A DNA stretch of 64,000 nt, taken from contig NC_068994.1 in assembly GCF_001194135.2 (NCBI RefSeq), positions 4,616,997-4,680,996 of the forward strand, read 5' to 3'. The notes beneath the pieces are model-generated. The model was not told the origin of the DNA. It saw nothing but the letters and a program-made list of their open reading frames with translations, and made no database searches. The first letter of the stretch is position 1. Every line of letters starts with the position of its first letter. The stretch comes from Octopus bimaculoides. Lineage: Eukaryota. A program made the position numbers and the translations under genes. This document shows, one piece after another, positions 24,988 through 35,703 of the stretch.

Positions 24988-25599
24988 GTGAATTTTCACA
25001 GCCCTTATCAAACATTTATTGGTATTCCTTCTCCAGTGAAGGGGTCCTAAATTCACTCCCGCCAAGAACAGCCAACCATCTGATAAAAAGGGGCTGACAC
25101 AGTGAATAATGCAATTCAATAGACCATGGTTGAAAATAAAAACACAGAGAGGACAGATTGGACAATGAAGTCCCTGGTATACAAAACAGATGGCATGGTC
25201 ATGGTTGGAATACTCTTTCATCATGGGTCTGCTTGGTCAGAGTTGGGCTGGTGTTAACAATAACAACAAAACCTTAGCACAACAAAATCACACATATTTT
25301 GGGAGTGGTGTAATCAATTGGATCAATTATCCTCCACCCCAGCATATAACTGGTATTAACATCATGACCCCAGAATTTAGGGGGTGAAACAGTATAATAC
25401 AACCAGCTGTTAGTCATGGATGGGCAAGTATGGCTTGGTGACACGAGACCATAGTTTTGCTAATTGTTTTAGGGGGTCCTATGTAGTCGCAAGCAGACTG
25501 AGACAACTTCTGGGGCCTCCTACCCATTATCCAGTAGAACCTGGAAAATTTGACACCTGGGTAGGGTTGCAGAGAATAAGTAGCACCAGTGCTCCAGCT

Positions 25600-25742
25600 G
25601 GCTCTTATGCTTACAAGTAAGCTGGAGCAATGTGAAATGAAATGTCCTGTTCAAAGACATGACATACTGCTTGGTCCAAGAATTGAACCCACCTCATGAA
25701 CATGAGCTGAACATCCCAAACCACTGGGCCACACGCCTTCAC
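25600..25742 (-). mobile_element. SINE-D fragment
   Basis: ggagcaatgtgaaatgaaatgtcctgttcaaag...gaattgaaccc...aaccactgggccac. Confidence 0.6.
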
Positions 25743-25849
25743 AATCTTAATGCGTAGAAACAAAACCTAAACGCCATGCAGCCCTCAATCAGTCTGGTAC
25801 TCAACCATCTGTTGCACCGCACTTCATTATTTCATATTTAGTAGTGGTA

Positions 25850-25885
<36 letters not shown>

Positions 25886-25894
25886 GTAGTAGTA

Positions 25895-26920
25895 GTCATG
25901 GCTTCAGATTTTAGCACAAGGTAAGCAATTTTGTAGGGGCAGGGACCAATTTGATTACATTGCACCCCCCCCCACACACACACACACCTCTCTCCCAGTA
26001 TTTGGCTGGGAATGTATATTTTATTGACCTCCTCGAAAGGGTAAAAGGCAAAGTTGACTGTGGCAGGATTTGAACTCAGAACGTAAAGAGTGGAATGAAA
26101 TGCCACAAACATTTTGTCTGATCACTACGTTCATAATAATAATAATAATAATCCTTTCTACTATAGGCACAAGGCCTGAAAATTTGGGGGAGGGGACAGT
26201 TGATCACATTGATCCCAGTACTTATTTCATTGGCCCTGAAAGGGTGAAAGGCAAAGTTGACCTTGGCAGAATTTGATCTCAAAAAGTAAAGACAGACAAA
26301 ATACTGCTAAGTATTTCGCCCAGCATGCTAACGATTCTGCCAGCTGACCACCTTTGATAATAATAATAATAATTTCTAACTTTGACACAAAGTTGAAAAT
26401 TCATAGGGAAGGTGTGTAGTGAATTGAATCAACCTCAATATATGACTGGTACTTATTATATCAACCCCAAAGGGATGAAATCAAAACAAGAAGAAAACAA
26501 AGCAATCGGGTTATCATTCATGGTCTCACTGTGACGTATCTTTGCAGTCTCCCCTAACACTGATCTCAGCCAATTATATTTATGTTACACGCCTTACCTA
26601 TGACATACCTTCCTCAAAAACCGTCATCATGTCCATACAGTCTTACCTATTATGAAATGCTTCATTTTGTTCCACATTTATATCTCATAACAGTCAATCT
26701 GTTGTTGATGTACATAACAATGTCTCTTAAGTCACCCTAGTATAATAATAGTTGGCCTCACATATTAAGACTAACCACAGAACTTCATTATCTATTGTAA
26801 ACAATAATTATGGTTCCAGATTTCAGTACAAGGCTAGTAATTTTGATGGGGGTAGAGGCCATTAGTACTTGGCTGGTACAGTATTCTATTAATCCCAAAA
26901 GAACAAAAGGCAAAGTTGAC
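25895..26920 (-). mobile_element. Train of co-oriented SINE-C copies and fragments
   Basis: Repeated aaaggcaaagttgac...atttgaactc and gcacaaggcc at about 25895-26110, 26150-26355, 26380-26480 and 26820-26920, separated by (taa)n/(tag)n. Confidence 0.7.
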
Positions 26921-28097
26921 CTATTTATCATCCCCTCAGGTTATGACCGCATCATTGCAGGTCACCAACCTAACATACATGTGACCAGGTCCCCACATGT
27001 TTCTGTAACATGTCAACAACAGTTTCAGTGATAATAGATTACTGGTATCATATATGATATGACAATAATATGCTGGTCCAAAAGATGTTATGGTGATGCT
27101 TGTCAAAGATGGCTACATGTTGAAAAAAAAGACTGTCTTAGCTGACACAGATGTCCTAGCCAGTAAGCTAAGCGTTCAATTACGAGACCTCAGACCTGAT
27201 TAAGGGATGTACTTTACGCGTAGCAGCAATAACACAACTTCCTCATACATCTAGCTCCTCCATCACACACACACACGTCCTCTTTCACTTGTCTCCAATT
27301 TAAACCAAATTTAAGGCCATCACATTGTCTCAGAATTTTTCACAGCTGACCATAGTAATTTGTGTGTGTGTATATGTATGGCTGTGTGTGCATAACTTGT
27401 TTTAGTCCCTGTGTGTATGAGTAAGAGTATATTCATGTGTGTATGTGTCTCCCTGTCCAACAATAATATTGTGTTGTCCAAAACATCCCCAACACCACCT
27501 CATTAGTGAGACCAGAACACTTCAGAACGTTAGACCAGAACACTTCAGTGTGCACGCATGCGTGTGTGTGTGTGTGTGAGTATGTGCGAAATTCCCACAG
27601 ACACCAGACATTGGAGGCAACCTCTTCCCACCTCATCGTTAGTCCTGACAGCAAACCATGGGCTAATACAAAGGTCACTGGTTCGAGAGTGCTGACCTCA
27701 AAGTCTTTTGGCGAGGTCACGTGGGGGGAGTATAGAGGTGAGATCAGGGTAAGAGAAGAGACATTTGAGAGATGGAGAGGGCGTGTCTGGTTAGAGGAAG
27801 TGACATTAGGGAGACATAGGGTCCGAAGAAACTGACCGGCTGGATCAACGGAGGTCAGATCCAAGAAGTCTATGACAAGTGATGAGAAGTCAAAAGGAAT
27901 TATATGAGTACAAGTGAGATTAGGTTAAGATGTACCAAAACAGTTTAGGAGAGGCTAAGGCATGGGATGGGGGGGAGTAGGAGAGGCAACCGGTTAGGGA
28001 GGTTGCGAGAGATTAAGACGAGACAAGAAATAATAGAGAGGACAGGCAAGAAAGAGTTAAGTTAGGGCGAGGGAGTTGGAGATTATTCAGCAGGATC

Positions 28098-28169
28098 AAG
28101 AGGTCAAGTTTGATAAAGAGGTCAAGTTTGGTCAAGAGGTCAAGTTTGGTCAAGAGGTCAAGTTTGGTA
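28098..28169 (+). repeat. 18-bp tandem repeat aagaggtcaagtttggtc x4 just 3' of the ZNF-A stop codon
   Basis: Four near-identical units. A fifth, degenerate unit overlaps the stop codon. Confidence 0.95.
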
Positions 28170-28176
28170 AGGAAGG

Positions 28177-30033
28177 TCAAATGTTGATGTAGTGAGGCAT
28201 TGCGGTGGCGACACCTTGTGCCTGTGCAACAACACCTGCACCATTTGGTTCTACAACACTGACCACCAACTGTTGCTGTTGCTGATGCACCTGCAGCTGG
28301 TGTTCTTGCAGCTGCTGCTGTTGGTCTTGTAGCTCTTGCAATTGCTGCTCTTGCAGCTGTTCCTGCAGTTGCTGCTGCTGTTGTTCTTGCAGCTGCTGCT
28401 CCTGCAGTTGCTGCTGTTGTTGTTCTTGCAGCTGCTGCTGTTGTTGTTGCTGCTGTTCTTGCAGCTGCTGCTGTTGTTGTTCCTGCAGCTGCTGCTGCTG
28501 TTCCTGCAGCTGCTGCTGTTGTTCCTGCAGTTGTTGTTGCTGTAAGTGTTGTTGTTCTTGAGGTTGCTGCTGTTCATGAAGCTGCTGTTGTTGTTGTTGT
28601 TCATGAAGCTGTTGTTGTTGTTGTTCCTGCAATTGCTGCGCAGTCTGAAACTGCCCTTGCTGCTGCTGTTGTTGCAGGTTGTTAATCAGTGCATTCTGTG
28701 GAACACAGCTCAGCTTCCCTCCGTTTTTGTTGAGCCGTTGGTGTCGCACCAGATGGTCCTTGCGTGTGAATGCAAACCCACACAGCTGGCACGGGAAGGG
28801 CCGCTCCCCGGTGTGCGTCCGCTTGTGCACCATCATGTGATACTTTTGCAGAAATGCCTTGCCACACACGTCGCAGCTGAACGGTTTCTCTTGCGAGTGC
28901 TGTTTCTGGTGACGCTCAAAGTAGCTGTTGTTTGAAAACGTCTTCCCGCACACGTTGCACTTGTACAATGGAGCAGACTGCACTTTTCCTTGTGCACTTG
29001 CATCCTGCCGTTCAGTCAGTGCCTTCAGACACTCTTTGCAGTCGTATGCACTCTCCGGATGTGAGCGCATGTGTCTAGTGAGGTCGCCGTTCCGAGAGAA
29101 TGTCCGGCCGCACACGTTGCAAATATATGGCCGACTGCTGTCATAGTAATTCTCCTGGGGCAGTTGTTGCACTTGGTGCACATAGCCATTCGTGATGGGG
29201 AAGGTCTTAGTGTCGTCACTGCGCCCAAGCTCATTGCGGTGCTGCCTCATGTGTTTGGTGAGGTCCCCGTTTGCAGCGAACACAGCACCACACAGGTTAC
29301 ACTTGAATGGGTTCTCGTGTTGGAAGGCAGTTGGCGTCTGAGGGAGGGATGTTGTCGTCTGCGTCAGCTGCAGTTGCTGTTGTTGTGGTTGCGGTGCTTG
29401 TTGTGGGGTCATCATGACCGTTACTGGCACCTTGGCCATCACCACGTTCTGACCGGCAGCCTCTCCATGGCTTTTCACGTGCCGCAAGAAGTCCGAGTTG
29501 CGTATGTACGCACGCTGGCAGAGGGTGCACTTGTAAGGTCGGTCGGAGGTCGGTGGCACTGCACCTTCGTATACAATAGTAGACATGGCTGTGTTGTCGT
29601 GCGTGCGCATGTGCCGCACGAGGTTCACGTATTGGGAGAAGCCGAACCCACACACGCTACACTTGAAAGGTTTCTCACCTGTGTGGATCGCTTGGTGCCG
29701 GTTGAGGTGGGTCTTACGAGAGAATGATTTGCTGCAGAGGTCACAGCTGAATGGTTTCACAGCTTGATGAGTCAATTTGTGGCGTTCCAGGTTGTCATAG
29801 CGACTGAATGCTTTGCCACAGATGTTGCAAGTCGTTCGGCCAAGTGCCTTGGTGCTGTTTGGTTGCAGCTCGTTGCTCACAGTGTGTACAACACCTTCTG
29901 TTAGTTCATAGCCAGGAAGAGATGTAGTAGTGGTGGTGATAGCGCTAGTGGTTGTTGTTGCTATTGCTACTGCTGCAGTTATTGGTGTTGTTGTTACTGC
30001 TATTAAACTGTTACTATCCAGTATATGCTCCAT
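28177..30033 (-). CDS. ZNF-A: single-coding-exon C2H2 zinc-finger protein, 618 aa, with Thr/Ala-rich N-terminus and C-terminal interrupted polyQ
   Basis: Uninterrupted ATG-to-TGA ORF. Eight canonical C-x2-C-x12-H-x3-H fingers (e.g. CNICGKAFSRYDNLERHKLTH, CDVCGKAFLQKYHMMVHKRTH), TGEKP/TGERP linkers, two degenerate fingers and a long LQE-punctuated Gln tract. Confidence 0.95.
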   Translation of the reverse strand: MEHILDSNSLIAVTTTPITAAVAIATTTTSAITTTTTSLPGYELTEGVVHTVSNELQPNSTKALGRTTCNICGKAFSRYDNLERHKLTHQAVKPFSCDLCSKSFSRKTHLNRHQAIHTGEKPFKCSVCGFGFSQYVNLVRHMRTHDNTAMSTIVYEGAVPPTSDRPYKCTLCQRAYIRNSDFLRHVKSHGEAAGQNVVMAKVPVTVMMTPQQAPQPQQQQLQLTQTTTSLPQTPTAFQHENPFKCNLCGAVFAANGDLTKHMRQHRNELGRSDDTKTFPITNGYVHQVQQLPQENYYDSSRPYICNVCGRTFSRNGDLTRHMRSHPESAYDCKECLKALTERQDASAQGKVQSAPLYKCNVCGKTFSNNSYFERHQKQHSQEKPFSCDVCGKAFLQKYHMMVHKRTHTGERPFPCQLCGFAFTRKDHLVRHQRLNKNGGKLSCVPQNALINNLQQQQQQGQFQTAQQLQEQQQQQLHEQQQQQQLHEQQQPQEQQHLQQQQLQEQQQQLQEQQQQLQEQQQQQLQEQQQQQQQQLQEQQQQQLQEQQLQEQQQQQLQEQLQEQQLQELQDQQQQLQEHQLQVHQQQQQLVVSVVEPNGAGVVAQAQGVATAMPHYINI

Positions 30034-30656
30034 AACACAAGTGCAGTATGCATTTAGGTGTGCAGTTGTGATAGCTTAGTATATAATGGATATGTATATA
30101 GCCTTCTGCATACACATGTGTGGAAGCAATATATAGCTGTGTGTTATACTGTTATGTTGGAATGTCTGTGTATATATTCTTCTGGCTATGTGCTCATATA
30201 TATATATATACACACATTTAGGTATGTATGTGAAGTCAGTTCCTTTCCTGTGTAGATTTAAAACCAGTCTAACAGTCCCTGAAATATAGATCTACACAGA
30301 ACCCCAGCAATGTTCCCTACTTCAATGCAGCCCTCGGGGCTTGACAACTTAGAGTCAGATGGTGTTCAGGTTCAAATTCCAGTTGAAGGATTCAGTAAGA
30401 ATGTGGCAGGAGTGAGGTGGGAGAGGTAGGGGAGGAAAAGGGCACGAAATGCCCGCTGCTGGACCACAGAAATGACATGACCTCCTTCACCCCCAACACC
30501 ACCCTTGCTATATGTGATACAGATCATCATCATCATCTGTGTTAGAGTTCAGCTTGAGTGAATGCAGGACCCCCATCGAAAGAAGCTGATCTCGGCACAA
30601 TCAGAAGTTTGGGTTGACTTGATCGAACAAACAGGAAACATCTAGATTGTGTACAT

Positions 30657-30695
30657 CTGGAATGAAACAAAAGAAGAAAAAAAAAATTGATAAAA
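30657..30695 (-). promoter_or_regulatory. Predicted 3' splice acceptor upstream of the ZNF-A coding exon
   Basis: Minus strand reads tttttttttcttcttttgtttcattccAG|atgtac: a long polypyrimidine tract plus CAG, 620 nt upstream of the ATG. No transcript evidence. Confidence 0.55.
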
Positions 30696-30936
30696 TGGAG
30701 TTCAAATAAGATGAAGAAGCAAACATTGTTTGCCAAACATAACATGGCAGTCCTGGTTTAGAACGAATGTTGCTGTAATTTAACCCCGGGAGACATCGTC
30801 TCCAGCTGGCTATACAACACAATGTTATGTTGGAAAATAATCTTTACTCCAAAGTACTGTTGCTGAATATCTCTCGTTGTGAGATTTAAAAATAGTTATT
30901 TTCTAAAATGAAGAAGCAGCAATGTTTATTAAAAGG

Positions 30937-31150
30937 AAGGTGAGATAGGCAGAATTGTTAGCATGTTGAGAACAAAATGCTTAGGGATACTTCATCCATT
31001 TTTAATGTTTCGAGTTCAAATTCCGAGGTTGACTTTGCCTCTCATCCTTTCAGAGTCGATAAATTAAGTACTAGCCAAGCACCGGGGACAACATAATCTA
31101 CTATCTCCTGCCCCCAAATTTCAAGCCTTATGCCTAGAGTAGAAAAGATT
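30937..31150 (+). mobile_element. SINE-C
   Basis: aaggtgagataggcagaattgttagc...gagttcaaatt...ttgactttgcctctcatcctttcagagtcgataaattaagtac. Confidence 0.8.
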
Positions 31151-31479
31151 ATTAAAAGGAAGCAGCAAATCAATGAAGCAGGTAAGAAAACTTTTACTTT
31201 TCATTTTATTTTCTAAATAAAATGAAAAGTATTTAAGCACGTGTAGGGGTTGTGTGTAGAGGCCAAATACTTGGTCCGTGTGTGCGAAAGTCATACAGAA
31301 TATGTATGCGTTGGGGGGGGGGGAGATAGAGACCATGAGATGTGCTTGAGTGCATGCGTGCAAATCTAGGGATACATTTATGTAAGCAATAGATATTTAA
31401 AGATGAACTTAATTGTGTGTCTGTGTATATGAGAGAGAGAGAGAGAGAGAGAGTAAGCGCTTCTGTGTATTGGATGCGA

Positions 31480-31709
31480 CAACGAAATGCGTGAGTGTAG
31501 GGAGGCAACGGGTGGTTGGAAAACCAGCTTTGTAGTATCAAGGATTACCTCCCTTGTTACAGTCACTTCAACCAAGATTTTTCTTTTATTTCCGTTTTTG
31601 CTCTCAAGGTTTTCCCGTCTGTTAAAACCTTAAACTCGTTATCAGGTCATCTTAGGTTTTAATTGCAAATTGATTGGTTCGTTGTCTAATTACTTAACCC
31701 AGGTCAACT

Positions 31710-31744
<35 letters not shown>

Positions 31745-31980
31745 CAAAATGTACACCATATAAACAAAGAAGTTTGTTCTCCGTCCCGGCACTTTGTTCA
31801 AATATATACACACGGAAGTAAAAGTTTAGTAGCGTAGCTGGGGTGAGGGGAGTGGGGAGAGACGAGTCGAAGAGTGGGCGGTTGGGCTCCGGACGGCGCT
31901 TTTGGGTCCGCTGTATAAGCCTACATAGGCTTGGGGACTCGGAAGGTGAGGCAAACTCAAGGGCCACCTTGAGCAGCACA
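31480..31980 (-). promoter_or_regulatory. CpG/GC-enriched promoter-like island, candidate ZNF-A first exon and promoter
   Basis: Locally CpG-rich and non-repetitive. ETS-like CGGAAGT at 31813, GC box GGGCGG at 31876, G-runs, and a minus-strand donor GAG|GTAATC with the exon ending at 31549. Confidence 0.45.
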
Positions 31981-31998
31981 CACCAGAAACGTCACTGC

Positions 31999-32213
31999 AT
32001 AACTTGCTTTCCAACCACATGCTTCCGGGTTCAGTCCCACTGCGTGACACATTAGGCAAGTGTCTTCTATTACAGCCTCGGGCCGACCAAAGCTTTGTCA
32101 GTGGATTTGGTAGACGGAAACTGAAAGAAGCCCGTCGTATGTGTATGTGTGTGTATTTGTGTGTCTGTTTATCCACCCACTATCGCTTGACAACCGATGT
32201 TGGCGTGTTTCAG
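31999..32213 (+). mobile_element. SINE-A (5' half, linker, start of 3' half)
   Basis: ccgggttcagtcccactgcg...gaaactgaaagaagcccgtcg...ccactatcgcttgacaaccgatg. Confidence 0.85.
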
Positions 32214-33272
32214 ATCCATTCCAGCAGTGACCATCCCACAGGCTAGGCACTAAACTGTATCCAGTGGTGAGGCTCCAGCTTGGGAGTCCAGGAGTTTGGA
32301 GTTACTCCTTAATCAACACCACTCTTCAGGTTCATTCTGGCCGGAGCTGGTAGTATTAGTCAGGGTGCCTAGTTATGGACCATATAGCAGATGGTTCTGT
32401 GGCTAAGGCATACAGGCCCAGGAGGAGGGTCGGTGGCCCCTAGTGTCACACAAGCCCATAGGTATGTAAGGCATGTTCTGATGTCAGATTAAGAGAGCAA
32501 ACTGCAAACAAAGCAGCAGAAGGTAACAGGTAACCACTGCCATATCTTTCTCTAGAAAAAGCCGGATTCTTCAGACTTTGGCACGGAGCTCCAAAAGCAC
32601 CAACACCTGCAGACACAGAACACGAAGAACAGGTATATCTAGAATCTTCTATTTGGAGATAGTAGAATGTGAGTTGAGGAAGATTTGGTTGCTATGTTTA
32701 AGCAGGTCAAACAACCATATAGAGGTTCCCTCATTAGTTAGTCAAAGTAATTTTCTTAGATTAAAGACAAAAGTAATGCTTCATGAATCCAACAGCTGCA
32801 TACTTCCTTGTTTTACTAGTGTCAGTCATTGGACTGAGGCCATGCTGGGGCAACACCTTTGAGGATTGTTTATAATTGATCATACAGACCCCCAGCATTT
32901 ATTTCACTCTGGTACTTATTTCAACAATCTCTATTTGTTGACTAGCTAAGTCAGCAGTTCTCAAACTGACAGGTACCAGCTCCCACCGACCCACCGGGAC
33001 AGTGACGCTTTTTGCCCTCCATCTTGCTATCTGAATAAGACAAAATAAAAATTTGCAACTTTATAATTCTACCTCCTTTGCCATCACATTAAATAAGTCT
33101 AAAATGCTTGAAAGCATCTTAATTATATTAAAATATGCCAATTTGTCAACCCCCTATTTTCAGTCTTTACCCCACCCCTTCTCCACGAGTGGGTTAAGTT
33201 AGTTTTTGTCATAAAGGGACGTAACTCAACATAGTAACCGTACAGACATTTTTTTGCAAACAATTCGTTATA

Positions 33273-33845
33273 GGCACAGGTATGACTGCGTGGTCAGAAG
33301 TTTGCTTCCCAACCAAATGACACCAGGCTCAGTCCCACTGCGTGACACCTTGGGCAAGTGTCTTCTGCTATAGCCTTGGGCCGACCAAAGCCGTGTGAGT
33401 GGATTTGGTAGACGGAAACTGAAAGAAGCCCATCATTGGTGCCATGTAAAAAGCACCCAGTCCAGTCTGTAATGTGGTTGGCATTAGGAAGGGCACCTAG
33501 CTGTAAAAACCATGCTAAAACAGACAGTGGAGCTTGGTGCTGCCCTCTAAGCTGGCTATTTCCTGTCAAACCATCCAGCCCATGCCAGAATGGAAAATGG
33601 AGGCTAAATGATGATTATGCTGATGATGATGATGATGTGTATGTGTGTTTGTCCCCCACTATCGCTTGACAACCAGTGTTTACATACCCATAACTTAGCA
33701 GTTTGGCAAAAGGGATCGACAGAATAAGTACCAAGCTTTAGGGAAAAAAAAGTACTGGAATCGATTCGTTCGACTAAACTCTTTCAAGATGGTGCCCCAG
33801 CATGGCCACAGGCTAATGACTGAAATAAGCAAAAGACAAAAGATA
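33273..33845 (+). mobile_element. SINE-A (33273-33434 and 33638-33845) interrupted by an RTE-a tail (33437-33637)
   Basis: The two halves join seamlessly in the uninterrupted copy at 63047-63415. The insert ends in (tga)n. Confidence 0.85.
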
Positions 33846-33855
33846 TGAAATTTCC

Positions 33856-34082
33856 TTTCTAATTTTGACACGAGGCCAGCAATTTTGAGGGGGAAGGGTT
33901 AAGTGAATTACATCAAACCCTGCCCCCAGTGCTCAACTGGTCCTTTTTTTTTAACGACTGCAAAAGGATGAAAGGCAACGCTGGTCTCAGCCTCATTTGA
34001 ACTCAGAGCACGAAAGCAGAAGAACTGTCGCTAAGCAATTTGCCTAACAATCTGAGCAGACAATTCTGCCAGCTCATCACTT
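33856..34082 (-). mobile_element. SINE-C
   Basis: aaaggatgaaaggcaac...atttgaactcag...ttctgccagctc. Confidence 0.75.
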
Positions 34083-34262
34083 TTTGACTTGAATGAAATA
34101 GAACAATAGCATGCCTGAATGTTTATAATAAGTTTTAAAATGAGGCCTAAAGACTCGTATTGCTTCTAAAACAAATGTCAATAGAATTTTACAACAGAAT
34201 TGGAAACAAATCCGACAAGTAATTGACTTAGTAAATATTTCAAAAGAATAAAATAACGCTAG

Positions 34263-34500
34263 GCCTTTTGATACCAACCCAACAGAGACTGACCTGTTTC
34301 TACAATACAAATACAAACTTCCTGTTTTAACCACTTAGCATTCAGATTATTCAGTTAAATGTAATGCTTATCTATTCACATTGCTTTGAATCAATTGTGA
34401 TTTATCTCATAGTTTTGAGATGTCAATGATGTGACTGTTTATGTTTAGAAATGACAACGCAGGGGAGATGCAAGAAGCTGGACCTGGCCAGTTTCAACAA
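34263..34500 (-). mobile_element. MITE-G terminal segment joined at a TTAA (34327) to MITE-F
   Basis: ccttttgataccaacc...caaacttcctgtt-TTAA-ccacttagcattcag. Confidence 0.6.
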
Positions 34501-34767
34501 AAAAAAAAAAATGAGCTGCACATGTAATTCAAAGTGCCAACCTTGTCACATTCTGTGTCACGCTGAATCTCCCTGAGAACTATGTTAAGGGTTCATGTGT
34601 CTGTGGAGTGCTCAGCCACATGCACGTTTATTTCACAAGCAGGTGTTCTGTTGATCATATTGACTGGAGCACTCGTCATAGTAACCAATGTAGTGCTAGT
34701 TATGGATGTATAATGTGTGTGTGTGTGTCTATGAAAAAATAAAATGTCTATCTTGGAGTGAAACAGT

Positions 34768-35312
34768 GATCATCATCATCGTTTAACGTCCGCTTTCCAT
34801 GCTAGCATGGGTTGGACAATTTGACTGAGGACTGGTGAAACCGGATGGCAACACCAGGCTCCAGTCTAATTTGGCAGAGTTTCTACAGCTGGATGCCCTT
34901 CCTAACGCCAACCACTCAGAGAGTGTAGTGAGTGCTTTTACGTGTCACCCGCACGAAAACGGCCACGCTCGAAATGGTGTCTTTTATGTGCCACCCGCAC
35001 AAGCCAGTCCAGGGGCACTGGCAACGATCTCGCTCGAAAATCCTAAGGGAGCCAGTCAGGCGGTACTGGCAATGGCCACGCTCAAAATGGTGCATCTCAT
35101 GTGCCACCCGCACAAGAACCAGTCCAGGGGCACTGGCAACGATCTTACTTGGCTTGCCGGGTCTTCTCACGCACAGCACATTTCCAAAGGTCTCGGTCAG
35201 TAGTCATTGCCTCGGTGAGGCCCAATGTACGAAGGTCTTGCCTCACCACCTCAGCCCAGGTCTTCCTGGGTCTACCTCTTCCACGGGTTCCCTCAACTGT
35301 TAGGGTGTGGCA
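34768..35312 (-). mobile_element. RTE-a LINE 3' end: last 55 codons, stop, modular 3' UTR and (TGA)n tail
   Basis: 35312-35145 minus translates without a break as CHTLTVEGTRGRGRPRKTWAEVVRQDLRTLGLTEAMTTDRDLWKCAVREKTRQAK*. The GRGRPRKTW motif is typical of RTE C-termini. The tail is ccaacccatgctagcatggaaagcggacgttaaacgatgatg. Confidence 0.88.
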
Positions 35313-35479
35313 CTATACATTATTCCTTGTTGACATAATGACCAATTACTGTCTGCTTTTAAAGGGCTGTGGAATAATAAAATCTCTTATTTGTAGAACA
35401 GGTAAGGGTTGGCAACAGGAAGAGCATCCAGCCATGAAATCCTGCCTCAAATACCTCCCTGTCCAACCACTGCTAGCAC

Positions 35480-35645
35480 GGTAAATACATGTATTATCTT
35501 GTAGCTTGGAGACATTAACGATGTGAGTGGTTATTTTTAGAATGACATTATGGGGTAGGTGGGAGAGGTCAGATCTGGCTGGTTTCAACAGAAAAGAACA
35601 ACAACAACTGGACCAGATATGACCAGGTTAAATGCTAAAGGTCAA
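35480..35645 (-). mobile_element. MITE-F partial copy
   Basis: ttatttttagaatgacatt...ggttaaatgctaaagg. Confidence 0.65.
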
Positions 35646-35703
35646 ATGAACAAACATTTTGGGAGAGCAACCAATAGTACAACTGAAATCATCAGAATAT
35701 TCG

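Noticed and set aside
28251-29767. Overlapping poly-Leu, Asn/Ser-rich and antisense ORFs inside ZNF-A, and similar ones inside ZNF-B (55727-57996)
   Set aside because: Alternative-frame shadows of the polyQ tract and finger codons; no independent signature.
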